From Rikenellaceae bacterium (GTDB lineage Bacteria; Bacteroidota; Bacteroidia; Bacteroidales; Rikenellaceae), in contig JBCQTD010000007.1 in assembly GCA_047178725.1 (NCBI GenBank), positions 4,903-68,902 on the forward strand: a stretch of 64,000 nt of DNA, in the 5' to 3' direction. The translations under genes and the position numbers were made by a program. Positions 31,986 to 43,535 of this stretch are shown here, in pieces (the stretch's first letter is position 1; each line of letters opens with the position of its first letter). The notes under the pieces are model-generated. The model saw only the letters and a program-made list of their open reading frames with translations, was not told the DNA's origin and made no database searches.

Positions 31986-32642
31986 CTATTTTTCCTGTAG
32001 ATCCTTATTACGTGAACGGTGTACCCAGATAATGCAACCGGTGATGATTAGCGCCATCGGTGGGAAGAGCATAAGTCCGTTGTTAGAGTAGAAGCCTCCA
32101 TTTGCAACATACCACGCCTCAGGGATAACCTGATAGCCTAGTAGCTGACCCGAACCGAATAGCTCGCGGAAGAAGGCGATAATCACAAGGATTAGACCAT
32201 AACCTAGACCATTACCGATACCATCCAAAAATGCTGCCCATGGCTTATTGCCGAGGGCGAATGCCTCAACGCGACCCATGATGATACAGTTGGTGATGAT
32301 AAGTCCAACATATACCGATAGCTGTTTTGAGACATCATATACAAATGCCTTAAGAACCTGATCGACCAAGATTACAAGTGCCGCGATAACTACAAGCTGC
32401 ACGATGATACGAATACGCGATGGGATACCATTACGCAGAAGCGACATCACAACATTTGCAAATGCAGTAACCACAATAACCGATAGCGACATTACGATAG
32501 CAGGCTTAAGCTGCACGGTAACCGCCAGGGCGGAACAGATACCCAAGATCTGAACGATAACCGGGTTATTCGCGCTGAATGGGCCTGTGAGGTTCTTGAT
32601 ATTCTTAGCCGAGAACAACGGCTCTTTTTCCGTATTACTCAT
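31986..32642 (-). CDS. nqrD: Na+-NQR subunit D
   Basis: LGICSALAVT, GLIITNCIIMGR. Confidence 0.97.
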   Translation of the reverse strand: MSNTEKEPLFSAKNIKNLTGPFSANNPVIVQILGICSALAVTVQLKPAIVMSLSVIVVTAFANVVMSLLRNGIPSRIRIIVQLVVIAALVILVDQVLKAFVYDVSKQLSVYVGLIITNCIIMGRVEAFALGNKPWAAFLDGIGNGLGYGLILVIIAFFRELFGSGQLLGYQVIPEAWYVANGGFYSNNGLMLFPPMALIITGCIIWVHRSRNKDLQEK

Positions 32643-32646
32643 AGCT

Positions 32647-33462
32647 TTACTTTTTTACTTTATTTGACTTTAAGAATGGAACATACTGCTCAAGCGAGTT
32701 GTAAAGCATTGCTGTCACACCATCGCCAGTCTTTGTTCCTCCTGAAATACCATCCACCTCGTGGTTGAAGTTTGCTCCCGCAGGGTTCGCGCCACCCTTA
32801 ACTAGGGTGATAGAGACGAACTTCGACCCCTCGAAGATGCTCTTGCCTACATACTGAGCCTCGTGCTTAGGGGTGGCGATCTCGGCACCAAGACCTGGGG
32901 TCTCACCTGCGTGATCCATCACAATACCCGAAACGGTCGACATATCGGCCTCAAGAGCGATATAGCCCCAGATTGGCCCCCAAAGACCCTGACCCTCGAC
33001 CGGAAGGACAACCTTGCCATCCTTGGCCTGGAATACAGGAAACGAACCAGCGGCAAAAGTACCCTTAAGATCCGAAAGCATATTGATAACAGCATCACCC
33101 TCAACGCCTGCGATCTTCTTACCCGAAGCATCAACGGCAAAGGCTGTGATATAGCTATCATAATTCTCAGAAGATGCATCAAGAGAGACAAGAATTGAGC
33201 TCTTCTTCTCATTGAGCATATTTGCATTCTGAAGATCCTTAAGCGATAGCGCCACAAAAGAGAGCACTAGAGCCACAAGGACTACCATCACTGTTGAGTA
33301 GGTCACGATATAGATATTACTATTCTTATCGCTGAATGGAGACTTCTTCTTCTCAGGTGCAAACTCTGAAGCGCCAACCTTACATACGGGGCACTCAGCA
33401 GGGGCACAATCTCCAGTGTGGACATATCCACAAACTTTACATGTATATTTATTTGTTGCCAT
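32647..33462 (-). CDS. nqrC: Na+-NQR subunit C with N-terminal rubredoxin-like domain
   Basis: GLWGPIWGY, ETPGLGAEI, VDGISGGT FMN site; extra N-terminal CKVCGY...CPVC before the TM helix. Confidence 0.96.
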   Translation of the reverse strand: MATNKYTCKVCGYVHTGDCAPAECPVCKVGASEFAPEKKKSPFSDKNSNIYIVTYSTVMVVLVALVLSFVALSLKDLQNANMLNEKKSSILVSLDASSENYDSYITAFAVDASGKKIAGVEGDAVINMLSDLKGTFAAGSFPVFQAKDGKVVLPVEGQGLWGPIWGYIALEADMSTVSGIVMDHAGETPGLGAEIATPKHEAQYVGKSIFEGSKFVSITLVKGGANPAGANFNHEVDGISGGTKTGDGVTAMLYNSLEQYVPFLKSNKVKK

Positions 33463-33470
33463 ATCTACTC

Positions 33471-34637
33471 TTATTTAACAGTTTTTGCACGCTTTAGTCG
33501 ACGCGAGATATTTGCCTCAACTACATAGTAGTCAACAAGTGGAGCTAGGGCATTCATAAAGAGGATCGAGAGCATCATTCCCTCAGGGTAGGCTGGATTG
33601 ATAACACGAATCAAGATCGCGATAGCACCAGTCATAAATCCTACGATATACTTACCTACATTTGTCTGAGCAGAGGTCACAGGATCGGTAGCCATAAAGA
33701 CCGCACCGAAGGCAAAACCACCCACTACAAAGTGCTCACATGCGGTAACCATCATGTAATCATTAGCGCCAAAGAGGTTAAAGACGAAAGCCATAAGGCC
33801 ACCACCCACAAATACGCTCAGCATTGTTCTCCATGAGGCGATGCCGGTGAAGATCAAGATAGCGCCACCGATAAGTATGGCCAAGGTAGAGGTCTCACCA
33901 AATGATCCGGGGATAAATCCTAGGAAAGCATCCATCACCGAGTAGCTCATCTCGCCCGAATTGACCAACTGCTCAAGAGCTGTAGCACCCGAGAAGCCAT
34001 CAGCCACCTGAGATGCCTTAACAGCCTCAGACATGCCGTCGACCCAAACCTCAGCACCCGACATAGATGGGGTGTAGGCGAAGAAGGCGAAGGCACGAGC
34101 CAAAAGCGCTGGATTAAAGACATTCATACCAGTTCCACCGAATACCTCCTTACCGAAGATAACAGCGAAGGCGACCGAAAGAGCCACCATCCAGAGCGGA
34201 ATATCAACCGGCATGATCATCGGAATCAAAAGACCAGTAACGAAGAAACCCTCGTTCACCTCATGACCGCGCATCTGGGCAAATAGGATCTCAAGACCTA
34301 GACCAACGCCGTAAGAGACGACAACCATAGGCAGGATCGCAATAAGACCAGAGAGGATATTCTCCATACAGGTTGTCTGGATACCCTGCATAAGGGCGCT
34401 CTGCAAACCTGTGTTATAGAGACCAAAGATAAACGCTGGCATTAGCGAGATAAATACAAAGATCATGGTGCGCTTAGTGTCGATTGCGTCACGGATATGT
34501 GCACCCTTTACAGTCGTTGTATTTGGAACAAAGAGAAGAGTCTCGATCGAATCGAAGAACGACTCGAGAACCTCAAACTTGCCACCCTTAACAAAGTTTG
34601 GCTTAATATTATCTACAAATTTTCTCAATCCCTTCAT
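33471..34637 (-). CDS. nqrB: Na+-NQR subunit B
   Basis: HIRDAIDTKR, KEVFGGTGMN, DGFSGAT FMN site, FMATDPV. Confidence 0.97.
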   Translation of the reverse strand: MKGLRKFVDNIKPNFVKGGKFEVLESFFDSIETLLFVPNTTTVKGAHIRDAIDTKRTMIFVFISLMPAFIFGLYNTGLQSALMQGIQTTCMENILSGLIAILPMVVVSYGVGLGLEILFAQMRGHEVNEGFFVTGLLIPMIMPVDIPLWMVALSVAFAVIFGKEVFGGTGMNVFNPALLARAFAFFAYTPSMSGAEVWVDGMSEAVKASQVADGFSGATALEQLVNSGEMSYSVMDAFLGFIPGSFGETSTLAILIGGAILIFTGIASWRTMLSVFVGGGLMAFVFNLFGANDYMMVTACEHFVVGGFAFGAVFMATDPVTSAQTNVGKYIVGFMTGAIAILIRVINPAYPEGMMLSILFMNALAPLVDYYVVEANISRRLKRAKTVK

Positions 34638-34639
34638 CC

Positions 34640-35995
34640 TTATGCCTCCTTAATCATTATGTTAATACCATCACGGATAAGCTGCTGCATATCGGTTTTT
34701 GAGGGGTCAACGAACTCACAAAGAGCGAAATCCTCCTCCACGACCTCATAGATGCCGAGGTTCTCCATCTTATCAATATCCGCCGCCATAATAGCCTTTA
34801 GAAGGTGCATTGGGTAGATATCCATTGGAAGATACTTCTCGTATAAACCAGTCACAACAAATGCACGACGACCGCCATTAACGTTTGTATCCAAACGATA
34901 CGCCTTCTTAGGGCATAGCCATGAGAAGTAGGCCTTAGAGGTAGAGAATTTGTGGAAACGAGGCGCTGCCCAGCCCATAAACTCATACTTATCGCCCTCT
35001 GGGATAAGTGTAATCATATTCGCATAGAAGCCTACATAGCCATCCTTGCTGCTCTTAGCGCCTGTTAAAACGTTGCCAGAGATATAGCGAACGCTATCGC
35101 CCTCGGCCTGCTCCACAACATTAGCGCCCACAACATCCGACATAGGTGCGCCGGCGATGATCTGAAGATATTTAGGATCCTTCACCTCGCTACCAGCTAC
35201 GGCTACAATCTTTGTCATATCAACCTTGCCGGTAGAGAATAGTCTACCCACGATAGCTAGATCCTGGATGTTAATCGTCCAAGCTGTCTCACCCTTAGAG
35301 ATTGGATCTACGTGGTGGATCTGAACACCAACATTTCCGGCTGGGTGCTTACCCTTGAATGTGGTGCACTCAACGCCGCTTACCGAGCCGAACTGTGCAG
35401 CCGACTTCTCGCTCACGCCGAAGTGAACGCTGCCCGATGTTAGAGCCTTCAAAACCTCTACACCCTTCTCAATATTAGCCATCTCCGAGGCCAAAACAAA
35501 GTTGTAATCTGGCGCTAGAGGCGCTGAATCAAATGTAGATACGAAGATCGCCTTAGGCGACTCATCAGGGTTGGCAATAATGCCATAAGGGCGCTGCTGG
35601 AACATAGGCCATAGACCTGATGCGAGCAGCTGCTCTACAATCTCCTCTCGCGAGGCACTCTTTGGGTCGAGTTTGGCAAACTCCTTGTAGCTCTGCTCAG
35701 CATCTGGCTCAACAACCACAGCAAGAATCTTTCGCTTCTCGCCGCGCTCGATGGCCGCTACTGTTCCGCTCACGGGTGAGGTGAACAACACCCTCTCTTG
35801 ATACTTGCTGTAAAACAGCGGAGTACCTGCTTCAACCTTATCTCCTGCCTTGACAAGCAACTTAGGAGTCACCCCCTCGAAATCGAGTGGCGAAAGAGCA
35901 TACTTAGACGAAAGCGGAAGCTTGGTCAGCTTCGCCTCAGCCTTGCCCTTAAGGTTGATGTCGAGACCCTTACGTAATGAAATGTTTTTCGACAT
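34640..35995 (-). CDS. nqrA: Na+-NQR subunit A
   Basis: KGLDINLKG, HPAGNVG, ISGNVLTG, EEDFALCEFVDPSK. Confidence 0.97.
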   Translation of the reverse strand: MSKNISLRKGLDINLKGKAEAKLTKLPLSSKYALSPLDFEGVTPKLLVKAGDKVEAGTPLFYSKYQERVLFTSPVSGTVAAIERGEKRKILAVVVEPDAEQSYKEFAKLDPKSASREEIVEQLLASGLWPMFQQRPYGIIANPDESPKAIFVSTFDSAPLAPDYNFVLASEMANIEKGVEVLKALTSGSVHFGVSEKSAAQFGSVSGVECTTFKGKHPAGNVGVQIHHVDPISKGETAWTINIQDLAIVGRLFSTGKVDMTKIVAVAGSEVKDPKYLQIIAGAPMSDVVGANVVEQAEGDSVRYISGNVLTGAKSSKDGYVGFYANMITLIPEGDKYEFMGWAAPRFHKFSTSKAYFSWLCPKKAYRLDTNVNGGRRAFVVTGLYEKYLPMDIYPMHLLKAIMAADIDKMENLGIYEVVEEDFALCEFVDPSKTDMQQLIRDGINIMIKEA

Positions 35996-36147
35996 ATTAA
36001 TTATAATAAATTATTTGATATAGTTTCCTTTTATTAGAATACTTTTAGCTCCAAACTGCCAGCGAAGGTACGATTTTTTTTGCATATGAGTAAATTTTAG
36101 TTCTATTATTTTTTTCAAATCCCCCATTTTAAGTTAATTTTGTCTCG

Positions 36148-36720
36148 ATGAGCCCATTCATAGATATCCACACCCACCATGAGGTAAACCCAGATAGCAC
36201 ACTAACAATAAGGTGCGAAGGGGTGCATCCGTGGCTAGCGGATCGGCTGAGTGCACCTATATTATATAGCGATGATATAGATGCCATAGGCGAAATCGGG
36301 CTCGACTACGCCTGCAATGCAGATCGAGCGGCGCAGCGTGCGGCATTTTTGGATGGTCTCAATGAAGCTCAATCTCGATCACTCGCCGTGGTGATCCACT
36401 CGGTGCGCAGCTTTGAAGATGTTATGCTAACCTTAAAAGAGCGCCCAACGCTACCGGCGGTCATATTCCATGGATTTATCGGATCGGCGCAGCAGGCGCG
36501 ACGAGCGATTGATAGCGGCTACTACCTGTCGTTTGGCGAGAGGACATTCTCATCACCAAAAACCATCGCGGCGCTAAAGATAACGCCCACCGACCAGCTC
36601 TTTTTGGAGACCGATAATGGAGCGATGCCGATAGAGGAGATATACCGCCACGCAGAGCAGATCCGCGGCGAAGAGCTGAGAGAGAGATTATTCAACAACT
36701 ATATAAGACTATTTAGATGA
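36148..36720 (+). CDS. TatD family hydrolase (short form)
   Basis: DIHTH, GEIGLD, IHSVR, FHGF, LETD motifs. Confidence 0.88.
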   Translation: MSPFIDIHTHHEVNPDSTLTIRCEGVHPWLADRLSAPILYSDDIDAIGEIGLDYACNADRAAQRAAFLDGLNEAQSRSLAVVIHSVRSFEDVMLTLKERPTLPAVIFHGFIGSAQQARRAIDSGYYLSFGERTFSSPKTIAALKITPTDQLFLETDNGAMPIEEIYRHAEQIRGEELRERLFNNYIRLFR

Positions 36721-37436
36721 GAGAGTGGTTAGAGCGAACGGAGCTCTTTATGGGAGAGGAGAAGCTAGCGCTGCTTCAAGGCGCAAATGTGCTCGTTGTA
36801 GGGCTAGGTGGCGTGGGGGCCTACGCCGCCGAGATGATTGCTCGCGCAGGAGTTGGCAGGATGACCATCGCCGATGCCGACAGAGTTGGCGCAACAAATA
36901 TTAATCGACAGCTGGTGGCTCTGCACTCAACTATTGGGTTAGAGAAGTCGGAGGTACTGGCCGCACGCCTTCGGGATATAAATCCCGAGATCGAGCTGAC
37001 TGTTATATCAAAATATATAAAGGATGAGCTGACCGATGAGCTGCTAGATAGCGCACAGTTTGACTACATAGTGGATTGCATAGATACCCTATCACCCAAA
37101 GTGGCACTCATCAAGGGGGCTCTAGATCGCGAAATTCCGCTCGTAAGCTCGATGGGCGCTGGAGCCAAGAGCGACCCGACGCTTATGGAGATCAAAGATA
37201 TATCAAAATCGCACCACTGCCCGCTAGCGCACATGCTGCGCAAACGTCTCCACAAGGTTGGCATCCGCAAGGGCTTCAAGGCGGTGTTCTCGCCAGAGCC
37301 TATCCGCGAGGGGGCGATGATTCTATGCGAGGAGCAGAACAAAAAGTCCAATGTAGGGACGATATCCTACATCCCCGCCCTCTTTGGCATCGGTTGTGCA
37401 TCGGTTGTAATACGTGATTTAATTGGTGAATTATGA
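36717..37436 (+). CDS. tcdA: tRNA threonylcarbamoyladenosine dehydratase (ThiF family)
   Basis: GLGGVG, TNINRQ, DCID, SSMGAG, CPLA..LRKRL, VFSPE. Confidence 0.88.
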   Translation: MREWLERTELFMGEEKLALLQGANVLVVGLGGVGAYAAEMIARAGVGRMTIADADRVGATNINRQLVALHSTIGLEKSEVLAARLRDINPEIELTVISKYIKDELTDELLDSAQFDYIVDCIDTLSPKVALIKGALDREIPLVSSMGAGAKSDPTLMEIKDISKSHHCPLAHMLRKRLHKVGIRKGFKAVFSPEPIREGAMILCEEQNKKSNVGTISYIPALFGIGCASVVIRDLIGEL

Positions 37437-38365
37437 AGATAGTATTTCTAGATGAGTACTCGGTCTCTGGCGCCGACACAAGCGCAATCCGAGAGATGGG
37501 CGACTACACCGCCTACTATGAGACAACCTCCAAGGCGGATACAATAGCGCGCTGCCAAGGTGCCGATGTTGTGATCTCAAACAAGGTTGTAATTGACCGA
37601 GAGGTAATCGAAGCGTGCGATGCCCTCAAGCTTGTCTGTGTGGCGGCAACCGGAATGAATAACGTAGATCTAGAGGCGGCCGCCGAGCATGGCATTGATG
37701 TGCGCAACGCTGTGGGCTACTCTACCCACTCTGTGGCGGAGGCCACCATCTCAAGTGCGCTGACACTTCTTCGCCAAAGCCTATACTTCGATCGCTTCGT
37801 AAAGAGTGGCAGCTACTCCGCCTCGCCGCGACTATTCAACTTCGATCGGCCAATCCGTCAGCTCAACGGCCGCCGCTGGGGCATTATCGGCATGGGCAAT
37901 ATTGGCCGCAAGGTTGCAGCGCTCGCCTCAGCCTTCGGATGCCCGGTGCGCTACTGCTCCACATCGGGGGCGCAACGCAAGGAGGATTATCCTTCGTCGT
38001 CCCTCAATGAACTGCTCTCATGGGCGGATATTATCTCCATTCACTCGCCCCTGAATGCTCAAACCTCGGGGCTAATCGGAGCCGAAGAGCTAGAGAAGAT
38101 GCGCGATGGTGCGCTGCTAATTAATGTGGCACGCGGCGGAATTGTCGATGAGCAGGCGCTAGCCGCAGCACTAGATAGCGGCAAGCTAGCCGGCGCGGCG
38201 ACAGATGTCTTTGCCCAGGAGCCACTAGAGGGATCATCGCCGCTGCTTAAGATCAAATGTCCCGACCAACTTCTACTATCACCCCACTCGGCATGGGCAG
38301 CCAAAGAGGCAATTGACCAACTAATTTTGGCCATTGCGAAAAATATTACCGACCACTTCGTATAA
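37433..38365 (+). CDS. D-2-hydroxyacid dehydrogenase
   Basis: ATGMNNVD, GMGNIG, INVARG, DVF..EP, PHSAW. Confidence 0.92.
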   Translation: MKIVFLDEYSVSGADTSAIREMGDYTAYYETTSKADTIARCQGADVVISNKVVIDREVIEACDALKLVCVAATGMNNVDLEAAAEHGIDVRNAVGYSTHSVAEATISSALTLLRQSLYFDRFVKSGSYSASPRLFNFDRPIRQLNGRRWGIIGMGNIGRKVAALASAFGCPVRYCSTSGAQRKEDYPSSSLNELLSWADIISIHSPLNAQTSGLIGAEELEKMRDGALLINVARGGIVDEQALAAALDSGKLAGAATDVFAQEPLEGSSPLLKIKCPDQLLLSPHSAWAAKEAIDQLILAIAKNITDHFV

Positions 38366-38396
38366 TTAGCACAGAATTTGCTCTTGCTACAGCATC

Positions 38397-39254
38397 ATGA
38401 ATATAGCAATTAGTGGAGCAACTGGTTTTATAGGGGGCAAACTTTGCAGCTTCCTTACCGAGCGTGGCGATGTGGTGACACCACTTGGTCGCACTCTTTT
38501 TGATGATGAACACAGAGGTGATCTACAGAAGAAAATAGAGCAGGCCGACGTGGTAATTAACCTCTCGGGCGAACCCATACTATGTCATTGGAGCAGAGAG
38601 AATCGCGAGCGCATACTTGCTAGCCGGGTAATAACAACTAGGCTTCTGGTTAATGCCATAAATCGCGCCCCACGCCCCACCCTCTTAATCTCTGCCTCGG
38701 CCATAGATTACTATCCCACAAGGGGACGCCACAGCGAAGATAGCTATGAGTGTGGCAGAGGGTTTCTATACGAGGTTATTCGAGCATGGGAGGAGGAGGC
38801 GCTAAAGCTTCGCTTCTCGTGTCGTCTTGTGATTGCGCGCCTGGGCATTGTCTTTGATCGTGAGCAGGGTGCTTTTCCGGCGATCTCAATGGGGCGATAC
38901 CTGCACATATCGACCACCATAGGCTCGCTAAAACGCCATATATCCTGGATAGATATTGATGACCTATTGCGCGCCACAGCTCTGGTTATAGACAACGAGC
39001 AGCTGCATGGTGTTGTGAATATAGTTGCGCCCCGCCCCACTCCCTACAAAGAGCTTATCGCTGCCCTACGCCTTAGATACTCAATATGGCTTACCATACC
39101 CATCCCAAAGCTAGCTCTTTGGATGATATATGGTGGGGCGGCACAGGTCGTATATAACAACCACTCCATATATCCAAAGCGACTCGCTGAGAATGGATTT
39201 GAGTACCAGTCGCCAGATATAGAGAGCTTCATAAATAGAATAAGCTCGACATAA
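38397..39254 (+). CDS. TIGR01777/YfcH-type NAD-dependent epimerase (DUF1731)
   Basis: SGATGFIG, VINLSGEPI, SRV..T, SWIDIDD, PKRL...GF. Confidence 0.85.
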   Translation: MNIAISGATGFIGGKLCSFLTERGDVVTPLGRTLFDDEHRGDLQKKIEQADVVINLSGEPILCHWSRENRERILASRVITTRLLVNAINRAPRPTLLISASAIDYYPTRGRHSEDSYECGRGFLYEVIRAWEEEALKLRFSCRLVIARLGIVFDREQGAFPAISMGRYLHISTTIGSLKRHISWIDIDDLLRATALVIDNEQLHGVVNIVAPRPTPYKELIAALRLRYSIWLTIPIPKLALWMIYGGAAQVVYNNHSIYPKRLAENGFEYQSPDIESFINRISST

Positions 39255-39286
39255 TTGCCGAGCTTATCACATTTATAGTCTCCTTT

Positions 39287-40813
39287 CTACTTAAGCGTGA
39301 CAAGGTTCTGGCCATCCATCTCGGCTGGCTTATCAAGACCCATCAGTGTTAGCATTGTAGGCGCCACATCGGCAAGGATGCCGCTCTTAACGCTCTCTAC
39401 CTTATCAGAAACTACGATAATCGGCACCGGGTTAAGTGAGTGAGCTGTATTTGGCGAACCATCTGCGTTAACGGCATTATCGGCATTACCATGGTCGGCA
39501 ATGATAACAACCTGATAGTCATTTTTCTTAGCTGTCTCAACCACCTCACCTACACACTCATCAACGGCATTTACTGCGCGCTCGATAGCCTCATAGATTC
39601 CGGTGTGCCCAACCATGTCGCCATTAGCAAAGTTTAGGCAGATGAAGTCAAACTTCTGGCTATCAAGTGCTGCAACGAGCTTATCCTTAACCTCATAGGC
39701 GCTCATCTCGGGCTGCAGGTCATAGGTGGCAACCTTTGGAGATGATACCAAGATGCGCTCCTCACCCTCGAAGGTCTCCTCGCGGCCACCATTTAGGAAG
39801 AATGTAACGTGAGCATACTTCTCGGTCTCGGCGATACGAAGCTGCGATAGACCCTTAGATGATACATACTCACCAATTGTATTTGCAACATTCTGCTTAT
39901 CGAATAGAATATGCAAGCCCTCAAACTTAGCGTCGTAAGGGGTCATGCAGCAGTAGTATAGCGGCAAGGTCTTCATCCCCTCCTCGGGCATATCCTCCTG
40001 AGTTAGAACTACTGTTAACTCCTTAGCACGGTCGTTACGATAGTTAAAGAAGATCACAACATCACCCTCAGCGATACGACCCTCGGCGCTACCATCAGCT
40101 GCGGCGCGGAACACAGGAGCGACAAACTCATCGGTCACACCAGCATCATAAGAGCTCTGCATTGAGGCAACCATATCCGAAGAGGCTGTACCTACACCAT
40201 TTACCAAAAGATCATATGCCTGCTTAACACGATCCCATCTCTTATCGCGATCCATCGCGAAGTAGCGACCGATGATTGAGGCGATCTTACCAGCAGATTT
40301 TGCTGTGTGAGCCTCCAAAGCCTCGATAAAGCCCTTACCGCTGCGTGGATCAGTATCGCGACCATCCATAAAGCTGTGGATAAATGTATTCTCGATGCCA
40401 TAGTGTGCAGAGATATCGCATAGCTTAAAGAGGTGATCTAGCGATGAGTGCACGCCACCATCAGATACAAGACCCATAAAGTGAACATTCACGCCATTGC
40501 TCTTAGCATATTCGAAAGCCTTCACGATCTCCATGTTCTCCATGATAGAGTTGTCGCGGCAAGCACGATTGATCTTAACAAGATCCTGGAACACCACGCG
40601 ACCAGCACCAATATTAAGGTGGCCAACCTCCGAGTTGCCCATCTGACCCTCAGGCAGACCTACATTCTCGCCATCGGTGCGAAGCTCGGCGCTCGGGTTC
40701 TCGGCCTCAATTGCCTCCATATTTTTTGGGTGGATCTGGTAGATCACATCCGCCTTGTCCTTCTTGCCCTTGCCCCATCCGTCAAGGATCATAAGTAATA
40801 CTTTGTTGCTCAT
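39287..40813 (-). CDS. gpmI: 2,3-bisphosphoglycerate-independent phosphoglycerate mutase
   Basis: [47 protein letters not shown]. Confidence 0.98.
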   Translation of the reverse strand: MSNKVLLMILDGWGKGKKDKADVIYQIHPKNMEAIEAENPSAELRTDGENVGLPEGQMGNSEVGHLNIGAGRVVFQDLVKINRACRDNSIMENMEIVKAFEYAKSNGVNVHFMGLVSDGGVHSSLDHLFKLCDISAHYGIENTFIHSFMDGRDTDPRSGKGFIEALEAHTAKSAGKIASIIGRYFAMDRDKRWDRVKQAYDLLVNGVGTASSDMVASMQSSYDAGVTDEFVAPVFRAAADGSAEGRIAEGDVVIFFNYRNDRAKELTVVLTQEDMPEEGMKTLPLYYCCMTPYDAKFEGLHILFDKQNVANTIGEYVSSKGLSQLRIAETEKYAHVTFFLNGGREETFEGEERILVSSPKVATYDLQPEMSAYEVKDKLVAALDSQKFDFICLNFANGDMVGHTGIYEAIERAVNAVDECVGEVVETAKKNDYQVVIIADHGNADNAVNADGSPNTAHSLNPVPIIVVSDKVESVKSGILADVAPTMLTLMGLDKPAEMDGQNLVTLK

Positions 40814-40824
40814 ATTTTTGAAAT

Positions 40825-43434
40825 TTATTTTATTTGACCTACAATCATCTCCATCGCTGCATCCATCGCCGCCTGCAATCCATCTGGATTTTTACCACCA
40901 GCCGTAGCAAGGAAAGGCTGACCGCCGCCGCCGCCCTGCATAAGCTTCGCGGCCTCGCGCACAACCTTCGAGGCGTTCACTCCGCGCTCTAGGATATCAT
41001 CACCTAGGGCAATTGTCAGCGCTGGCTTACCGCCAAGAACCGAGCCAGAGATAAAGATCACATTACGAGATTTTGCGCGCAACGCATAGGCTATATTCTT
41101 TACAAAATCTGGATGGCGAGAGAGCTTCGAGACGATGATCTTAGCACCAAAATTCTCCACAGCCTCAGCGAGCGAACGTGTAGACCACTCCTCAACCTGC
41201 TCCTTACGCATCTGCTCAACCTCCTTTGTGAGGCTATCGCTATTCTTCAAAACCTTCTTTAGCGCCTGAAGCACCTGAGGGTTATTTAGATACTCAGCGG
41301 CATCTTTCAGAGTCTCCTCGGCTGAGTAGATAATCTTCTCTGCATTGACTCCGGTTGTCGCCTCAATACGGCGCACACCGGCCGAGATTGCACTCTCAGA
41401 GATGATCTTAAAGAGACCGATATTTCCCGTTGCCGAGGTGTGAGTTCCACCACAAAGCTCCACCGACTCGCCAAAGCGAACCACGCGAACCTTGTCGCCA
41501 TACTTCTCACCAAAGAGCATCATAGCGCCCATCTCGCTAGCCTCCTCCATTGTCGCCTCACGGCGCTCATCCAGATTGAAGTTTGAGCGGATTTTAGCAT
41601 TCACCATCATCTCCACCTGGCGAAGCTCCTCGGCTGAGAGTTTCTGGAAGTGAGCAAAATCGAAACGGAGATGCTCCGAGCTCACAAGCGAGCCCTTCTG
41701 CTCAACATGCGTACCTAGCACCGAGCGCAAAGCCTCATGCAAAAGGTGCGTTGCAGAGTGGTTGTTAGATGATCGCTGACGCCTAGCGCTATCCACCACA
41801 GCGGTGAATGTTGCCGAGATATCCTCTGGCATCTGCGATACGATATGTAGAATAAGACCATTCTCCTTTTCGGTTGAGATGATCTCGATCTTATCGTTAG
41901 CAGTAGAGATATAGCCCACATCACCGAGCTGTCCTCCGGAGTTTCCATAGAATGGAGTCTGGTCAAAGACTAGCTGATAGTGGCTCTTACCCTTAGATGT
42001 AACCTTGCGATAGCGGGCGATCTTAACCTCAGCGGTGAGGTTATCATAACCGACAAACTCGCTCTGATTGATGGCGATAAGCTCCTGCCAATCATCCGTA
42101 TCCACCGCGGCAGCGTTACGCGAGCGCTCCTTCTGGATCTGTAGCTCGCGCTCAAACTCCTCCAAATCAACATCCACGCCCTGCTCCTTAGCGATAAGCT
42201 CGGTGAGGTCTATAGGGAATCCATAAGTGTCGTATAGCAAGAAGGCATCCTTGCCCGAGATCTTGCCATTGCACCCCTTGATAACATTATCCAAGAGGTT
42301 AATACCTGTAGCTAGAGTGCGAAGGAATGATGCCTCCTCCTCCTCGATAACCTTCTCTATAAGTGCACGCTGCGCAACAAGCTCGGGGAACTGAGTACCC
42401 ATCTGGGCAACCAACCCCTCAACAAGACGGCAGATAAATGGCTCGCTAAAACCAAGGTAGGTGTAACCATATCTCACCGCGCGGCGGAGGATACGGCGGA
42501 TAACATAACCCGCCTTAACATTTGATGGAAGCTGACCATCGGCGATCGAAAAGGCGATGGCGCGCAGGTGGTCGGCGATAACCCTCATTGAGATATCACA
42601 CTTTAGATCCTGACCATACACCTTGCCCGAGAGCTCGGCTATGCGACCTATGGTTGGCTGGAATACATCGGTATCATAGTTTGACTTCTTACCCTGCAAG
42701 ATCATACATAGACGCTCGAAGCCCATGCCGGTGTCGACATGCTTAGCGGGAAGTGGCTCAAGCGAACCGTTCGCCTTGCGATTGAACTGCATAAATACAA
42801 GGTTCCAGATCTCGATAACCAGCGAGTGACCCATATTTACCATATCACGTCCTGGCACGGCGGCGATATCAGCCTCGTCACGAAGGTCATAGTGGATCTC
42901 CGAACAGGGGCCGCAGGGGCCAGTCTCGCCCATCTCCCAGAAGTTATCATGCTTATTACCGCGGATAATGTGATCTGCAGGAAGATACTGCAACCAGAAA
43001 TCATACGCCTCCTGATCGAATGGCACCCCATCCTCCTCGCTACCCTCAAATACGGTAGCATAGATGCGGCTCTTATCCATACCATAAACACCCGTCAACA
43101 GCTCCCAGCCCCAGTCGATCGCCTCGCGTTTGAAGTAGTCGCCAAAAGACCAGTTGCCGAGCATCTCAAACATGGTGTGGTGATAGGTGTCGTGACCAAC
43201 CTCCTCCAAGTCGTTATGCTTGCCCGAAACACGCAAACACTTCTGGGTATCCGCCGCACGCGCCCACTTGCGAGGTGCATTACCTAGGAAAATATCCTTA
43301 AATTGGTTCATGCCAGCGTTGGTAAACATCAACGTTGGATCACCCTTTACGACCATAGGTGCAGATGGGACAATCGCGTGATCCTTAAGGGCGAAGAAGT
43401 CCAAAAATGCTTGACGAATTTTAGTTGATTCCAT
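40825..43434 (-). CDS. alaS: Alanine--tRNA ligase
   Basis: [51 protein letters not shown]. Confidence 0.99.
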   Translation of the reverse strand: MESTKIRQAFLDFFALKDHAIVPSAPMVVKGDPTLMFTNAGMNQFKDIFLGNAPRKWARAADTQKCLRVSGKHNDLEEVGHDTYHHTMFEMLGNWSFGDYFKREAIDWGWELLTGVYGMDKSRIYATVFEGSEEDGVPFDQEAYDFWLQYLPADHIIRGNKHDNFWEMGETGPCGPCSEIHYDLRDEADIAAVPGRDMVNMGHSLVIEIWNLVFMQFNRKANGSLEPLPAKHVDTGMGFERLCMILQGKKSNYDTDVFQPTIGRIAELSGKVYGQDLKCDISMRVIADHLRAIAFSIADGQLPSNVKAGYVIRRILRRAVRYGYTYLGFSEPFICRLVEGLVAQMGTQFPELVAQRALIEKVIEEEEASFLRTLATGINLLDNVIKGCNGKISGKDAFLLYDTYGFPIDLTELIAKEQGVDVDLEEFERELQIQKERSRNAAAVDTDDWQELIAINQSEFVGYDNLTAEVKIARYRKVTSKGKSHYQLVFDQTPFYGNSGGQLGDVGYISTANDKIEIISTEKENGLILHIVSQMPEDISATFTAVVDSARRQRSSNNHSATHLLHEALRSVLGTHVEQKGSLVSSEHLRFDFAHFQKLSAEELRQVEMMVNAKIRSNFNLDERREATMEEASEMGAMMLFGEKYGDKVRVVRFGESVELCGGTHTSATGNIGLFKIISESAISAGVRRIEATTGVNAEKIIYSAEETLKDAAEYLNNPQVLQALKKVLKNSDSLTKEVEQMRKEQVEEWSTRSLAEAVENFGAKIIVSKLSRHPDFVKNIAYALRAKSRNVIFISGSVLGGKPALTIALGDDILERGVNASKVVREAAKLMQGGGGGQPFLATAGGKNPDGLQAAMDAAMEMIVGQIK

Positions 43435-43535
43435 TAATATAATTTTATCGTTTTTAATCGTTTTACTGTAACGGTTGCAAAATTAGACAAATTAAGCTAA
43501 ATTTGCACAATAATGAGTGGAGTTTTTTTAAGTAT

